NCBI RefSeq assembly: GCF_011386835.1
Contig: NC_088792.1
Location: 77,314,001-77,378,000 of the forward strand
Length of the DNA stretch: 64,000 bases
DNA from: Chrysemys picta bellii
Taxonomy: Eukaryota
Direction of reading: 5' to 3'
This document shows, piece by piece, positions 13,711 through 27,191 of the stretch (positions are counted from its first letter, which is position 1; each line of letters begins with the position of its first letter). The notes below the pieces were generated by a model. The model ran no database searches. It saw nothing but the letters and a program-made list of their open reading frames with translations, and was not told the origin of the DNA. A program made the position numbers and the translations under genes.

Positions 13711-16419
13711 TCCTGCACACCGAAGAGGCAGAGCGCGCAGTACACAAACTGTTGAAAGATGGCGCCAAATGCAGACAAAAGCACAGGGATTGCTGGGATG
13801 CGAAGCAATGCATCATGAGGCATTGGGACAGGACACAGGATGCCCCACGACCCCCTCCTCCTTCCCACAACTCTTAGCAGCAGAAGAGGAAGAGATGCTC
13901 AGTGGGATAGTTGCCCAGAGTGCACCGTTCCGAATACCACTGCAAGTGCCGCAAGTGTGAACACGCTGTTGCACACGCATCTGACAGCGCTCTCTTAGCG
14001 GTGATGTAACTGCCAGCGATGCAACTCTGCCAGTGTAGACATACCCTTTAAAGCTAGTAGTCCTGGCATTGTCCCTTAACAAGTGTCAAGAGAAGGGGTG
14101 GCTTATGTTGAGCCATTCTTTCCTTTCCTGCCTGTTCTGCAGACATTCTCCAGTTGCATTAAACTATTATAGTCATACAGAAAACACCCCGACAAACAAT
14201 ATTAATAAATTATTACAGAGCAACTCCCAATCCATCATAGCTATGACTATCGGGACAATCCAACTGAAATCTCTGTGCAGTGCAAATCTCTCCATTTATT
14301 GTAATGGGAGTTGAATGAGTCCTTATATGGGGGCTCACACAGACTGATTCTACAGCCCATGAGCCTTTGCTGAGATTAAGAATTACTCATGTAAACAAGG
14401 GTTTACAGAATCAGGACTGCAACACCTACTCCCCCAAAGTACACATTTTTTAAGTCAATTTCTTAATGAGGAAAAGGGAAATGTAAAGTAGTATAACAAG
14501 AGAGTGATGGGGTAAAAGAGAAAAACTCTGAGCCCAAATCCTGCATACTATATGCAGACAAAACTCAGAGATACCAAGGGGCCATTTGGCTGTGCAAAGA
14601 CTGTGCCCTCTTGTTTAATGTAGCAGTTGTTAACTGTGCCATTAATTTGTTGCTGTCCTAAGATAAATAATGAAGGGGCAAATACTGGTTGTCCAGATTA
14701 TTCTAGATCCTGCATTTCTTGCCCACTCAAAACTCCTATTGCAGTCAATGGATATTTTGGGTGTGCAGAATTGGGCCCTTGATTTGTATTTGATTAATAC
14801 TACAAGACTTGGAAGTTGCCAAGGCAACTCTATTTCAACCCCCTTACATTTCTGCATTGATAGACAGCTTATCAGTCTATAAATGTATCAGAACACTGCT
14901 CGTGTGACAGGCTCTTTTACCAACCTAATCAGAAACATGTTTTTCTCCAAAGGTGGGTAGGAGTGGGGAAGGAGTTAGTCTGGATAAAGGGGGAAAATGA
15001 CACACCAAGGTTCAGGTTTTATAGCACAGCTACATACGAATGCAGAAAAAGTATCTTACACTCCTAAAATGCTTTGCCTTCTGGTCATTGAAATATAATC
15101 AAACTAATGTTTGTAAAACTTGACCAAAAAATCCTATAAAAGGACAGCATCCAAACACAAAAAGGCAAAATCCAAATAAATGTTCAGACTGAAAGGCCAG
15201 TATCAGAACTAAAATAATTTTGTATAGAAGCCATACTGACGTGACAGGAATATGATGCTCTAACACATTGTTTAGCAATACAATATAGATGAAATTCACC
15301 CCAGTGTAAAGGACCCACGACAAGGTCAATTACATCACTTAAATCCGGCTTTATGGGTTTATATGGCATCTAGTATGTTCCACTGGTTCCCTGCACTGGG
15401 ATAAATTTCATCCTACATGAATACATAAAATTATGACCCATATCCTCTTCTGAGCAAAGATTCCAACGGGCCAGTAGAATAGGGAATCAACCAGAAGAAA
15501 GTTACTTCTCCCTTCTCTTGGTGCTGGTTTTACGCTTGTCCCAGGCCCAGCAGAGTTTGGAGCAGCCTCAGTCTCCTCTAATCTATAGTAGCTGGCAATG
15601 TCATTGGTCAGTGGAGGAGAGCTGGAGTGCAACATGATTCAGCTGCACCCCTGACAAAACCCTGCTCCTCCCCAACACATCCCTGGACAGGAGGCTGCAG
15701 GGGTGGCATGACCAGGAACCAGCTATGCAATTTCAGTGCCGTGTGGGGATTCTCTCATGCAGCAGGAATCCCCAGCTATAGTGATGGAGCCAGTTTCCTT
15801 CCACTGTGCTACTGGGGCCCTGCAAACGGAGCCATGGGGGGGGCCAGAACCTGACCCCTTTATGAACACAAATACACATGGATATCGGTAGTTATGAAAT
15901 GATACCATTTGAAGTGTAGAGGGGGGCTGGGTTTAAATTTCCACTTTCCTTTCCCTTCCCCTTCCCCCCACATGGTAGGGAGCACCACAGTTTTCTTTCT
16001 TTGTTGTGTCTTTAATTAGCTCTATATTCCATTGGCTCCCTTTGTTTTAAATTGTACCTATTTACAGTGCATTCGTAAAAGAATGAGCAGGGAAAAACCA
16101 CCAGGGGGCATGTACAGTACTAACAAAGCTATTCAAGGCTTGTCACTTTATCCAATGAGTTGCATCAATTCCAGGTTAGAAGCAATTTCCCTTATTTTGC
16201 AGTGCGACGCATACAGAGATCCACGGTAATTTCCTATTTGATTGTAACAAAAGCTTCCCATTTACCAGGACGCTCCACTTATTTTTTTATAAGCCCAAGA
16301 AAAAAATCCCTCCTATCATCTTCCTTTACTTTTTCAGAATCTTGTTTAAAGCATTTGGTTTGAATCCGTAGTTTGCTCTGACGTTTGTGCTACATGCCAG
16401 GCACTAAAGAGGCATTTAA

Positions 16420-16530
16420 GATGATATAAGCTCTTTAGAGCAAGGACTCTCTCTCATTGTGCACGTGTACAGGTCCTAGCACAATGGGGCCCTGGTTTTC
16501 AGTGGGACCTCTAGCTGCTACTGTAATCTT
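16420..16530 (+). mobile_element. L2/SINE 3' tail fragment
   Basis: taagctctttagagcaaggact...gtacaggtcctagcacaatggggccc...ctactgtaat, the same tail as at 49380-49530. Confidence 0.6.
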
Positions 16531-18348
16531 GAAAATATTTTAGTCTTTTATGGTACAGTGCTGAATGCTCCAAATAAAGCCCATTTCCACTACATTACTA
16601 ATGTCTGACAACCTTATTTTCTCCCTCCACCATCATTGTCTTCTGCTCTTTAAAATGCCCCAGTATACACTCTGATGAATATCTACTGTTGACAGTATCA
16701 CATCTGCTTCTAATGGTATAGAAAGTGCATTCCCCCTCCTCCTCCTTCCCAGCCCACACATAGATTTTTGCTTTAATAGGAGCCTGCATTCTAGTTTTAT
16801 ATTCTGTACAAATGTACAGTAAGCATTAAATGGAAAAATGCTTTGAGAGAGATAACAGGTTGTGCAGGACAATAGCTGTGACATCATAATGAGATCCCGC
16901 CATGGCCTCAGCCAGTCCTGACACATGCCCTGCACCACGTGGGCCATGAAGTCTGGAGTAAAGCCAAAGTGCAGGGAAGCTTTAAGGTTACTTTGCATCA
17001 CTCTAAATGGCACAAAGTCACCTTAGCAAGGCTGAGGATATGGTCCCAGTGCTGTCAGCTTAGCATCTGTCACAAGCACTAAACATAAATAACCTTAGAA
17101 AACAGTGTATAATTCTGAGTTCTATTGCTGAATACGCAGCGTAATAAATCAATGAACCGCACAAGGAATTTCTAACATACATCCTCACTTAATTATTCAG
17201 ACTTGCAGATCATCAAAAAAGTAGATGACTGATCTTTGTCTAAATGGAATAATTACTGTGTTTAAGTATGGTATGAAAAGACATATTATAAATTAACTGT
17301 TTTTAATGTTCATTTTAGTAAAATAATGAAGATATTCAGGAAGTGCCAGCAGTTAAGAGGGAAATCGTATACATCCCCACACTGAATAACGATGACATGA
17401 TGCAACAAGCCTCTTAAATCTTCAGCTATCTAGGCCTTAAGCCTCTTGGCAAGGACTGCACTCTTTACTACCTCTTTTCTTCCACCTTTTTACTAATTAG
17501 TGTATTATTAATTATTAGATTAATTATTGTAAATTATTTAAATCAACAATGTTGAATCATGGAACTTAATTATACTGATGTTAAAGACATTAACCCCCAG
17601 GTGTTTGAATCTTTCAGCTATATTCTTTTCTGCTTCTCTCTCTCAGTGAGTCTCTGTTGCACTTTGTCTCCCACATTTGCCCCTCCTCCCCCCCCCAGTG
17701 TTGGGGATAAAGAAATAAAATAACCGCAGAGCTGCCCCCTGGGAAGGCGAAGGAAAACACTCTTCCCTTCCTTTGTACAGAAACTCCCTTTCTTCCTTCA
17801 ATTCCTTTCTTACAACCTACCTTCTATTGGGATGCAGAGTCCCATGCCAACCTTATAAAAGCTAACTTAACCAAGATAACAGAATGGGATACGTTGTGGT
17901 ATTTACACCACAGCCCTGATAGGTGGTGCGTACTGCTCCAGGGGCTGCACTGGGGAGACTCAGGAAGGCATTCTCAGTGTGCTCTAAGGTGTCCCTCTAT
18001 TCCATCTCTACCCCTTCCCTCCTCCCTAGTGCGCCAGCCCTTCTACTCAAGTGGGCACAGAGAAAGGTGGGGGACCATCACCTCCCCTCTTCTTTGCTCC
18101 TCCCTGCCCCGTTTTCAGAGTCTTGCTCCCTGAGGGGCACAGGCATTGTTACAGTGAGAGGCCATTGACAGTTGTGTATGGCGGGGAGAGGAAGCATCTT
18201 GCGATAAGGGGTCCTCATGATCTGATCCAACCTAACATGTGCGGCGTCTTGCGATACGGAATATGGAAACCTCTCTTTTTCCCCCCCACCCTGCTTGGGG
18301 CCAGAGAGCACCTAACATACTTTATAAGCTTCTTGGAGCAGGGATCAT

Positions 18349-18436
18349 GGGCCAGATCCTCAGCTGATGTAAAACAGCATAGCTCTGTTGCAGTCAATGG
18401 AGCTCTGCTAATTTACACCAGCTGAGTACCTGACCC
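18349..18436. repeat. Short palindromic MITE-like element (best-preserved member of an abundant family)
   Basis: gggccagatcctcagctgatgtaaa...gcagtcaatggagct...tttacaccagctgagtacctgaccc is self-complementary end to end. Confidence 0.75.
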
Positions 18437-19377
18437 ATTTTTGGTTATGGGGCTTGTATAAATGTTAGGTATACTTTTTTTTTTTTTTAAAAACACAATA
18501 AAATATTTGGGGGAGAGAAGATCTCATCCCCGAAGACAGAAGTATCCTGCTTTAATTCAAAGGGGGTCTGTTTGTGTTGTGAGCAACATTGGGAGAAGAG
18601 CTGGGCTCTGCAGGAAAGATTTCCTAGCTGTGTCTAGGATTTACATATCCTCACTCCACCTTGCATTTCTACTGCCTAGTTAACGGATGTTAAAAGGAAA
18701 AGCAGAACAAGCCACCCACCAACAATCGGCTTGGCTCACTTTGTCGCAGAGTTTCTTATTCAATAATACACAAATATCACAGTTTCCATTACTTTTCTAA
18801 TTAATCTTAACTGTAGGCTCCTCTGTAGTTATTTTACTCTGATCAAAGAATTTAGTCCATTTTCAAAATGTTAGTAATTTTCCATAAGAGTGATAAAAGT
18901 TACCAAAAGGTTCACCATTTTTTTTCCCATTCTAGTCCTACTTCCTTTTATGGGTTGCTTAACATCAGAAATGTATTCTTAAGCACTTCTTCCCTTACAT
19001 TATCCACTGATAAATGCAAGACAAGTCCCAAGGACAATGTTAAGTGTATGAAATAGGTAATGAATGCTCTGTCTAGACAAGAGATACAGACAATAATGTT
19101 CCTCTTCTCTCAGCTCCATCATCTGCTAACAGTTTTGATAGTAAACTAAATACTTGCATAATGTCTGCTTTTGTTACATTAAGAAGAAAGAAACTTAATT
19201 AGCCATGTCTAAATAGAGAGCATAATAAATTTAGTAATCCTAACAACATCTATCTAAGGATTAAATAACATTCTATTGGAGGAGTTAATGGTGGGCACAT
19301 CCAGGAGCTATTTCTCCTCCTTCCCTGGCAGAAGGGATAATCATAATAAACTAGTAAGCCATATATGTACTACTCAC

Positions 19378-19467
19378 CTGATGGAGCTTCTCCCAGAACT
19401 CAGGTCCTTCCTCCATTTTTCTTAAGCTTGATGGAATGTACCAAAAGCAAATGTTCGCATACTCTGG
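19378..19467 (-). CDS. GADL1: GADL1 exon 14 (90 nt)
   Basis: actcag|CCA GAG...CAT CAG|gtgagt; PEYANICFWYIPSSLRKMEEGPEFWEKLHQ. Confidence 0.96.
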
Positions 19468-21139
19468 CTGAGTAAGAGAAAAAAGGATTGCTTATCAATG
19501 ATTGCGGGTCAAAAGGTTTTATTATATTTCTGTGAAAATTTTCAGCTAAAACATTTGAGCTTTAGAAATGTTTCATCAAAAAACAAACAACTCCTCCTCA
19601 TCAGATTGAAGGGGCTTTTGTTTAGTTGCCATAGTAAAAAAACCCCCAAATGCTGACTTTTATATTTTTTCACCCCCTTTACTCCTCTACAATGCCTATG
19701 CCACCCCTGCTTTCCCCACCCCCGACACTGGGCGGGAAGGGTAGTCTTCAAGTTTTTACACACACCCCTCTACCTTCCTTTTCCAGTGGGAAAAAGGAAG
19801 AGACAAGGGAAGCAGGGCGAAGGTGGACATTTTAGCACAACTTCAAAATTAAAACTTAAATTTTGATTTTTCCTTAATTTTTCATTTCAAGTGAAAAAAA
19901 TTGAAATTTCATCAATACAAAAAAAACCCGAAAAAATTTGGTTTCAGAAAACCCTATTATTCATAAAAAAAACACCTTATAATGGCAATTTTTTTGACCG
20001 CCTGGTACTCATATGGTATAACAATGGACTTGATGCCAGGATTCCATGCATTTAATTAGAGTCCAAAACTCCTTGGGGTGATATACATGTCCTGTCCAGG
20101 AGATATTCTCTCAAAATTTCTGAACATGACTGTGGAACAAACGAAGACTCCGCTTCTCCACCCGGCTCCTGAGTATCTCTCTCAGGTTTTATGCTCAATT
20201 CAGAACTTGTTGATGGGAGACTCACAGCAATGACCATTCACGGTTGGTCAAAATTAGGACACTTCATACTTATGAGGATTCTGCGTGTAGGATTCACAAA
20301 TTTTCCTAATAGGCCCCTACAGATTCTACCCAGTTTCTTTTGGGACAAATGAAGGACACATAGCACCATCTGGAGAAACAGTTAATGCATCCCAGTCCTG
20401 TTCAAACTTCCTAAAAAACGCCACCTCCTTAACAGTGACCTGCCATGTCTTTGCAATTCAGAGCTCTACTTAAGGGGGGCAAAGGATGGAGACGATTAGA
20501 ACATACCTCCCCACTACTAAACCCTACTATACCCACAGTTTTCACTGATGCTGGCTGAAAAACAAGGAACAAATGTTGAAATAGGGAGGAAGATAGCTAG
20601 ATCACACCATCATTTTGCCCCAATGCAAACACTGCTGGTACTCCCAGACCTCCTCCCAAGTGAGTGGAGACTACCTAGACCATGCCAAATTCTTTCATGA
20701 AAGGGCACTGGGAACTATTTATATTCACTGCTTCACTTTAAACTGCATTTAATACATTCTTTGATCAGCAAGGAGAATATCATTATCAGCAGGAAGAGAT
20801 CAGCAGACTTGCCACCTGCTGCCAAAGAATGAAATGAAGTTCAGCTCTAAAAGTCCCATATTTCTCTAATAGGAATGGATCAAGCCCCGGATGTACAGTA
20901 GTTTCCTCATGAGCTGAAGCGCTAGCTGACTAATATGGGGTTTCAATCTCAGTTTTGTTTCAGGGCAGAGGGGGCATGCAGTCAATGGCTTATCTTCCCT
21001 TCATCAGATGCAACCATGCCTCAGTTTCCCTTCATTCATTGGGTAGGTTAACCCTCTGGCTATGTGAGGAAAACTCTGCCTTTTCCAGAGTCAACAGAAG
21101 TCCAAGAAAAACTGGCTCCACTTAGCCATTTTTCACATA

Positions 21140-21307
21140 CACCTCTACCTCAATATAACACGACCTGATATAACACAGTAAAGCAGTGCTCTGGGGGAGC
21201 GGGGCTGCGCACTCCGACGGATCAAAGCAAGTTCGATATAACACGGTTTCACCTATAAAGCGTAAGATTTTTTGGCTCCCGAGGACAGCGTTATATCGAG
21301 GTAGAGG
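21140..21307. mobile_element. Tc1/mariner (pogo-type) MITE, copy 1
   Basis: TA|cacctctacctcaatataac...gcgttatatcgaggtagagg; internally near-identical to 37780-37960. Confidence 0.85.
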
Positions 21308-22194
21308 CTTAGTTTCCAGTCCCTCCCTCAGGGCCTGAACAATCTTATCCCTTCATGCAGCAAGTGAAAGGCAAAGCTTTTCTCCCACCTTCTCTAGAAG
21401 TCCCAGCCTGGGGCCTCTAAACAATAAGCAACTGCCCAATCCCACCATCAAGCTCTTTTGCCCCAGGTAGTTTCATTCATGGGCTTCCTTGCACAAACCT
21501 AAACCTTCAGCTCAGTGCAGGACTGACACTTCTGGGTCACTGGCAGCCTTTTCCCAAATGGGCAGCTTACCCCTCCTGGGGTTCTTATTCTTCTGCAGGC
21601 CTCTTCCCATCTGCTCCTCCTTCCCACCCATACTCCTGGCATCCCCTCACTGGAGGGGCTCACCAGCAGCTATGGGTGATCTCTACAGGTTCACTCTGTA
21701 GAGGACCCCACATCAAATCTGACCTCTTTCCTGAGCTATTTTACATCCCTGCCTTCCCTTTCCCAGCACATACTGCTGCTGAGTTGTTAATAATTCCTAC
21801 CAGTTCTTCTGGATTACAAATTCCAGAACACCTTGCCACTCAAACAGGCTTGAGACAAGCCATGAAACCTTCCCCAGAACCCTTTGTTACCCAGGAGAAT
21901 TCTCCCCCCCGCCCCCGTGTGTGCTCTCTCCAAATTAGCAGAAATGTACTGGGAAAAAATTATGTTTTCAGTTTCTTTCAGCTTCCACTCCAACCATGAT
22001 AGTTAAAGCACAAGTATAAACCCACATTTCAATTTTAAATTCACTTCTGTCCTTTTAATTCTTTTTCCACCCTGTTGCTCTTCATGTGTCTACTGCCCCC
22101 TTCCTCCTCCTGTCCCTTTCTTCTCCCCCTATGCCTCCGCCATCCTGTTACTCCCCATCTTCCGGTCTACTCTTCTCCTTCTCCTATTGCTGCT

Positions 22195-22196
22195 CT

Positions 22197-22244
<48 letters not shown>
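22195..22244. repeat. (CT)n(CA)n compound microsatellite closing a pyrimidine-rich tract
   Basis: About 19 CA units at 22206-22244, read directly. Confidence 0.95.
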
Positions 22245-22246
<2 letters not shown>

Positions 22247-22416
22247 CCTCTAAATAGACTCCCCTCCTCGATGTTCCCAGGTGCTAATCTCATTGGCCAA
22301 AGAGTTGAGCAGGGGCAGGAGCTGAGACCCCCGCTGCTCAGCACATTCTCTGCAAACAGGATCTTCGTCAACTTACTTTGCCATGGAGTAAATTGGAAGG
22401 AAAAAAATGTTATCAG

Positions 22417-22562
22417 TAGAGCTGTTTGAAAAGTGCCAGTTGTTCTACACTGGAAATTTGGGAATGCAGGGGGTGGCGATTGTTTTATTATCATTATTTT
22501 TAAATGAAGAAGAGTCCACTTTCAGGACAGAAGTTTTAACTGAAAAACTCCAACCAGCTCTA
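22417..22562. mobile_element. Old hAT-like MITE
   Basis: TIRs tagagctgtttg / caaccagctcta; decayed 8-bp TSD GTTATCAG/GTTCTTAG. Confidence 0.5.
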
Positions 22563-22816
22563 GTTCTTAGCCATAGCTCTAGCAAGGGTGGTCCTTTTGC
22601 AACCCTACCTATTGCCATACAAGGGGATTACTCAAGCCATAGGTCCCAATGCCTATACAACCCCAGAAATGGACAGAGTGATTATGTGAAATATGGACAA
22701 TATGATGTGGTTTAACACTTCTGTGCATCAGCAATTTACCAAGTTTATTTAAATAAGCACCCAAAATACAGACTGGCATTTGACAAAAACACAAACTCAG
22801 TTCTATAGTCACCTAC

Positions 22817-22868
22817 CTCCAACAGAAGCTGGAATCCTTCTCTTTTCTTAATTTCATCGACTAGGTAT
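22817..22868 (-). CDS. GADL1: GADL1 exon 13 (52 nt)
   Basis: ttgcag|A TAC...TTG GAG|gtaggt; (R)YLVDEIKKREGFQLLLE. Confidence 0.95.
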
Positions 22869-23172
22869 CTGCAAGTAAACATACGTTTATAAGATATAAC
22901 AAAAATATAGGATATGCAGGTAGCAAAAAATGGTCTTGAACATGTCTAGATTTCTTAACAGCAGACCTTTAAAATAGTTTCTACCTGCTGTGAAAATACA
23001 ACAGTTAATGGGATAACCAGCTCCCGAAAATAAGTAAAGACTGGAGCTAAGCGGTGAGTGATGGTATAAACCAAATGCTGCCCACTTTCATTGGGAGCAG
23101 AAATTGGGCCTACCTGTATTAGAATTGTGAGCTGCACGGATCCACCAACGTAACTCCCTTTTCCAACACTGA

Positions 23173-23414
23173 GGGCTTGTTTACACTTAAAATACTGCAG
23201 CGATGTAGCTGTTCCGCTGTAGTGCTTAGTGGAGACACTATCTACATTGACAGTGTAGGTACTCCACCACCCCGAGAGGCAGTAGTTGTCAACATAGTGC
23301 TGTCTACACTGGGAGTTAGGTCACTATAACTGCGTCACTCAGGGATACGGATTTTCCACAGGGGTATGGAACAACGTAGTTCTATCAACGTAAGTTGCTA
23401 GTATAGACCACGCT
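23173..23414. mobile_element. Non-autonomous Harbinger MITE (old)
   Basis: TIRs gggcttgtttacact / agtatagaccacgct; TGA on both flanks. Confidence 0.75.
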
Positions 23415-24879
23415 TGAGTTGTTCTCCACTAATAACTCACTTTCTGTTCCACAGCTAAAAGCTCTGTGCTGCCATCTCATTTCACTTCACTGCCTACTTC
23501 TGACATTTCTCTAAGTCCTGCCACTGCCCCCAATTCTCTTACTCTCTCCTATTCTTTAGCATCATGCCCTGGTGCACTGGACCTCTCTCTCAGCAACCCC
23601 CAGTATCTTCACAGTTCCACTTTTACACAACAATGTATGTCACTGATGCATAATCATCCCTGGGTATTCTCCAATAACAGGGCACTAAAAGAAAATGTTC
23701 TTCTTTCACCACCAGCAGAAACACACTAATGTAATAAGTGAAAATAGGTCTGAACCAAAATCATGGATCCAAAAAACCCCCTCAAATTACAGAAATATTT
23801 GGATCTTGACCCAAACGTTACAGCAGGCACAGATCTCTACAGAATTCTAAACCAAAAAAGGGTGGATTTCACCCCATCTGATTGTCAGAAGACTTTGGGT
23901 TTGGATCCAAAGTCCGCAGCTCAGTTTCATTTCTAATCATAAAGGTAGTAATTGGAGCTGTGTGGGGAAGATGCAAGTACCATTTTGCAAAGGATTTCAA
24001 AGTTCGGCTTTGTTCCAAATTATAATGAAAACCGAACATTTTAAATTCTCCACAAAGGGAAAAAAAACCGTTTTGGGTCAATCAAAACATTTCATTTTGA
24101 GGAAATCAAAACTTTGCAACATTGGCTGTTTTGTATTATAATACAACATTTTTAAAAAATTAAAACAAGGTAATTTCGAAACAAAAAAAAAATCTAAACA
24201 TTTTGTTCCAAAAATGTTGAAATGGGACATCTCACTATTGTCTGAACTTTTTTCCACATTTTACTTCTGAAATGAAACAGTGGTAAAATCAACCTGATTT
24301 TGCGACATGTTTGAATTTCAATAGAACTGCATATTCCAGTGCAATATGGTTCCATCAAAGTTTTTCCAACTGGCTCTAGGAGTAATGCAACAAGAGTAGA
24401 GATGGTCAAACTATTCATTGTGAACACTTTGTCCACATTTTGGCTTCTTTTTCCTGTTTGTGAATTGTTCACCGAGTTTCAATTGTTACTCATAATTGTT
24501 CAAACTATTGAGGCTGAAATTTTTTTTTGCATATGAGCTCTTTGAAAGTTGTTCATTGCCTGTATTTGTTATTCACTCTTACTGCTGTGCAAGTAGTCAC
24601 CTTAGCCACATGGAATTGTTTCTGTGCCCTAACTGGATCAGCATAACTGTAATAAGAAGCGGGAGTGTGTGATCATGTCACCCAGTATTTGATTTTCTGG
24701 GGGAAAGGATAGGAGCAGTTTCTGAAGTTAGAAGGAGTAACCCTGGCAGGTTTAGGGAATGTTTAGGACATTTAAAACATTTTTTCCCCTTAGGCCACTT
24801 GAGTCAGGCCTTGCCCGAGACATCACTGCTAGAAAATTTAAGCTATTGGAATATTACAGGCAGGGATCAGATTTTAAAT

Positions 24880-25075
24880 TACAACTGGCAGTCCGAGCCT
24901 AGCCGCCCGCGGCTGACAGCTGGAACCCTGCTGGGGCTGAAGCATGTAACTTAGCTTCCCGGGGGTCCGTGACGTGAGATCCCGGGCAATTGCCTTGCTT
25001 GCCACCCTCTAATGCTGGCTCTGTACTTGCGACCTCCTAAATCTGTTCTCTGACACTAGGTTGATAAACACTGGT
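24880..25075. mobile_element. Partial hAT MITE
   Basis: GC-rich body ending in ggttgataaacactg, the reverse complement of a CAGTGTTT.TCAACC hAT TIR. Confidence 0.55.
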
Positions 25076-25374
25076 CTACAAAGTCTGTTTAATGTTATAC
25101 AAGTTACCATCTCTATTTAGCTTATGTACACAACATCACAAAGAGTACGATTTAAAAAAAAAAATGCAAAAATGATAATTAAAGCATTAAAACATAACCC
25201 CCTTCCTTATTTACAGCGTACATGAACCATTACTTCTATAAAGAGTACCAGTTTTTAAAAATGCAGAAATCATCATTTTAAGTTGTAACAGCAATACTAA
25301 TGGTAACAACAATATGTAATATGCAGAAAGTACAGTACATAGCATGATGGTAGGTACAGCAGCACTCACATTTA

Positions 25375-27078
25375 GAATGCCTGGAAAAAAATCTGACAGT
25401 TTGCATTGTTCTAGATGGGAGGTTCTCGTCTTCATTGTGCGATCATGGAGTGGCTTCATCAACAGCAGTTCAGAGGAGTCGGTACTGGGCTGTTGCTCCA
25501 AGTACTGAAGGAAGAGGTTTCCTGCTTTTGCAGCATCACAGGGAGAATTTTTTTCCAATCAATTCTTCCTCAGCAGACCCTTCAGCTGCATAGTCGCTGT
25601 CAGCGTCTAGTACAGTCTGAATGATTTTGGCAGCTTCCAGTGTAGTTAGCATCATTTTCAAGCCAATCTGCAACATCACCTTCATCGACTTCTGCGCAGC
25701 GAGGAAGTCTTATGGAGGAGATCCACAAATGCACTGGTCTCTTCTTCAGCTGAAGTTATTGCTGACACTTAGCTGTTCTAAGTGTCAGCAATAACTTCAA
25801 GCCACAGATTTTTCCACAGTTTTTGTAAGGTTGACCTGGAGAGGTCTTCCCATGCTTCTGCAACCTCATATATAGCATCCTCGATATTGATTTTTTTTTT
25901 CCAGCGCTGCAACATATTGCCTTTGTTCTCAGTTGCTTCATCAGACATCAGTAGTCGATTAAGAAGATCCTGTTGATAGCGTTGTTTTAGACTTTCCAGC
26001 ACGCCTTGGTCCATAGGCTGCACAAGAGATGTTACGTTTGGAGGGGAGAAAAAAAACCCAGAAGATCAGGTTATCTTGGGAGGTGAGCCCTCTGTCATCA
26101 GAGTGAGCAACTGCGTTGTCCAGCAGTAAGATAGCTTTCAATGGGATGCTGTTTTTGTTCAGATGAGCTTGCATACTTGGAACAAAAGTTTTTAAAAACT
26201 CAAATCACGAAACAAAACACTGTCCATCCATGTTTTTCCTTGTGATTTGTAGAGGAGGGGCAAAGCATCCATTTTTGCATTTTTAAGCGCATGCGGATTC
26301 ATTGCTTTACCAATGATAATTTATGGGAGCTTGGATGTGCCACTAGCATTAGCACAGGCCAGGGCTGTCAAACGTTCTTTGCTCCGTTTGTAGCCAGGAA
26401 CAGATCTTTCCATTCCTGCAGCAAGTCCCGTCACAGTTATAAATTTGTTCCAGTGACAAGTTGTGCTCAGCTAAGATATTTGCCATTTTTTTTTAAATAG
26501 TCAGAAATAACTCCTGAATTAGCAGACAGCTTTTCCCTGGTGACTGTTAGCTGTCGTGATGCTTTTTAAACTGACCGAGCCATCCCTGACTAGTTGAGAA
26601 ACATGCGTCCCCTTCTAAACCTTGATGAAAGCCTTAAGCCTTCTTGCATAGTGAAGGACCACTAATAGGAATGCCTTTCTCTCTCGCCTGTATAAACCAC
26701 AGTTAAAGGGCTTCATCTAGACCAGCATCGTTCAGTTGCTTCATGGTCTTCCAGTATGCAGAGATATTGAGTTATTCATGCAATATTTAAGAATTTGCCC
26801 TGCATTGTGTTTGATGTTCAATACTGTGCTTTATCCAATGCTATAATTTTGGGCTATTTTTGCTAGCGACTCTTTTTTATTTTATTAATAATCTCTAATT
26901 TTGCATCCAATGACAGCACTACACGTTTTTAGTAGTGTCAATCTTTTACAAGACTGAAAACACGGCATACCAATACTATGATGGAGGTGATGTCAATTTC
27001 CTATGATCCTGTGTGCGCGTGGGTGGTTCGGTTAATAAGAGCCGCATAATGGAGGCTTGGATAAACTGGGTTCTATGG
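25375..27078 (-). mobile_element. pogo/Tigger (Jerky/TIGD-like) transposon fossil with a near full-length disrupted transposase (ATG near 26968)
   Basis: Minus strand reads KRVVLSLDAKLEII (CENP-B-type HTH), IYNCD, SKERLTALACANASG, ILLLDNA, QPMDQGV and LQYLEQQ...KLSDFF, with many stops and frameshifts. 5' terminus TA|ccatagaacccagtttatcc at 27078. Confidence 0.9.
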
Positions 27079-27191
27079 TAATTATATGTTGCCATAGTCA
27101 CACAAAGTAATTACATGTGACATTTGCATGCACAGCCCCAGCTGCAAAGGTTGCAGCCAAATCCTTGTCAGGCCTATTTAATTGCTTCTGA

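Larger units (their letters stand above)
11349..14046. mobile_element. PIF/Harbinger DNA transposon (2.7 kb, internally deleted) with convergent Myb/SANT and DDE genes
   Basis: Termini gaccttttctacactgg / ccagtgtagacataccc; TTT on both flanks as a 3-bp TSD; both Harbinger gene remnants inside. Confidence 0.93.

Noticed and set aside
17731-17742. CTCF-like core CCAGGGGGCAGC on the minus strand
   Set aside because: A single short motif with imperfect flanks and no supporting data; expected by chance in 64 kb.
995-19377. Search for the final GADL1 exon (VAPAIKERMMKKGSLMLGYQP...)
   Set aside because: No matching sequence found by eye; it probably lies left of the window.
19425-19440. YIPSSL instead of the usual YIPPSL in exon 14, and SMNK instead of SMKK in exon 7
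   Set aside because: Both positions vary among paralogues as I recall them (GAD67 YIPQSL, CSAD SIQK), so there is no sign of functional novelty.
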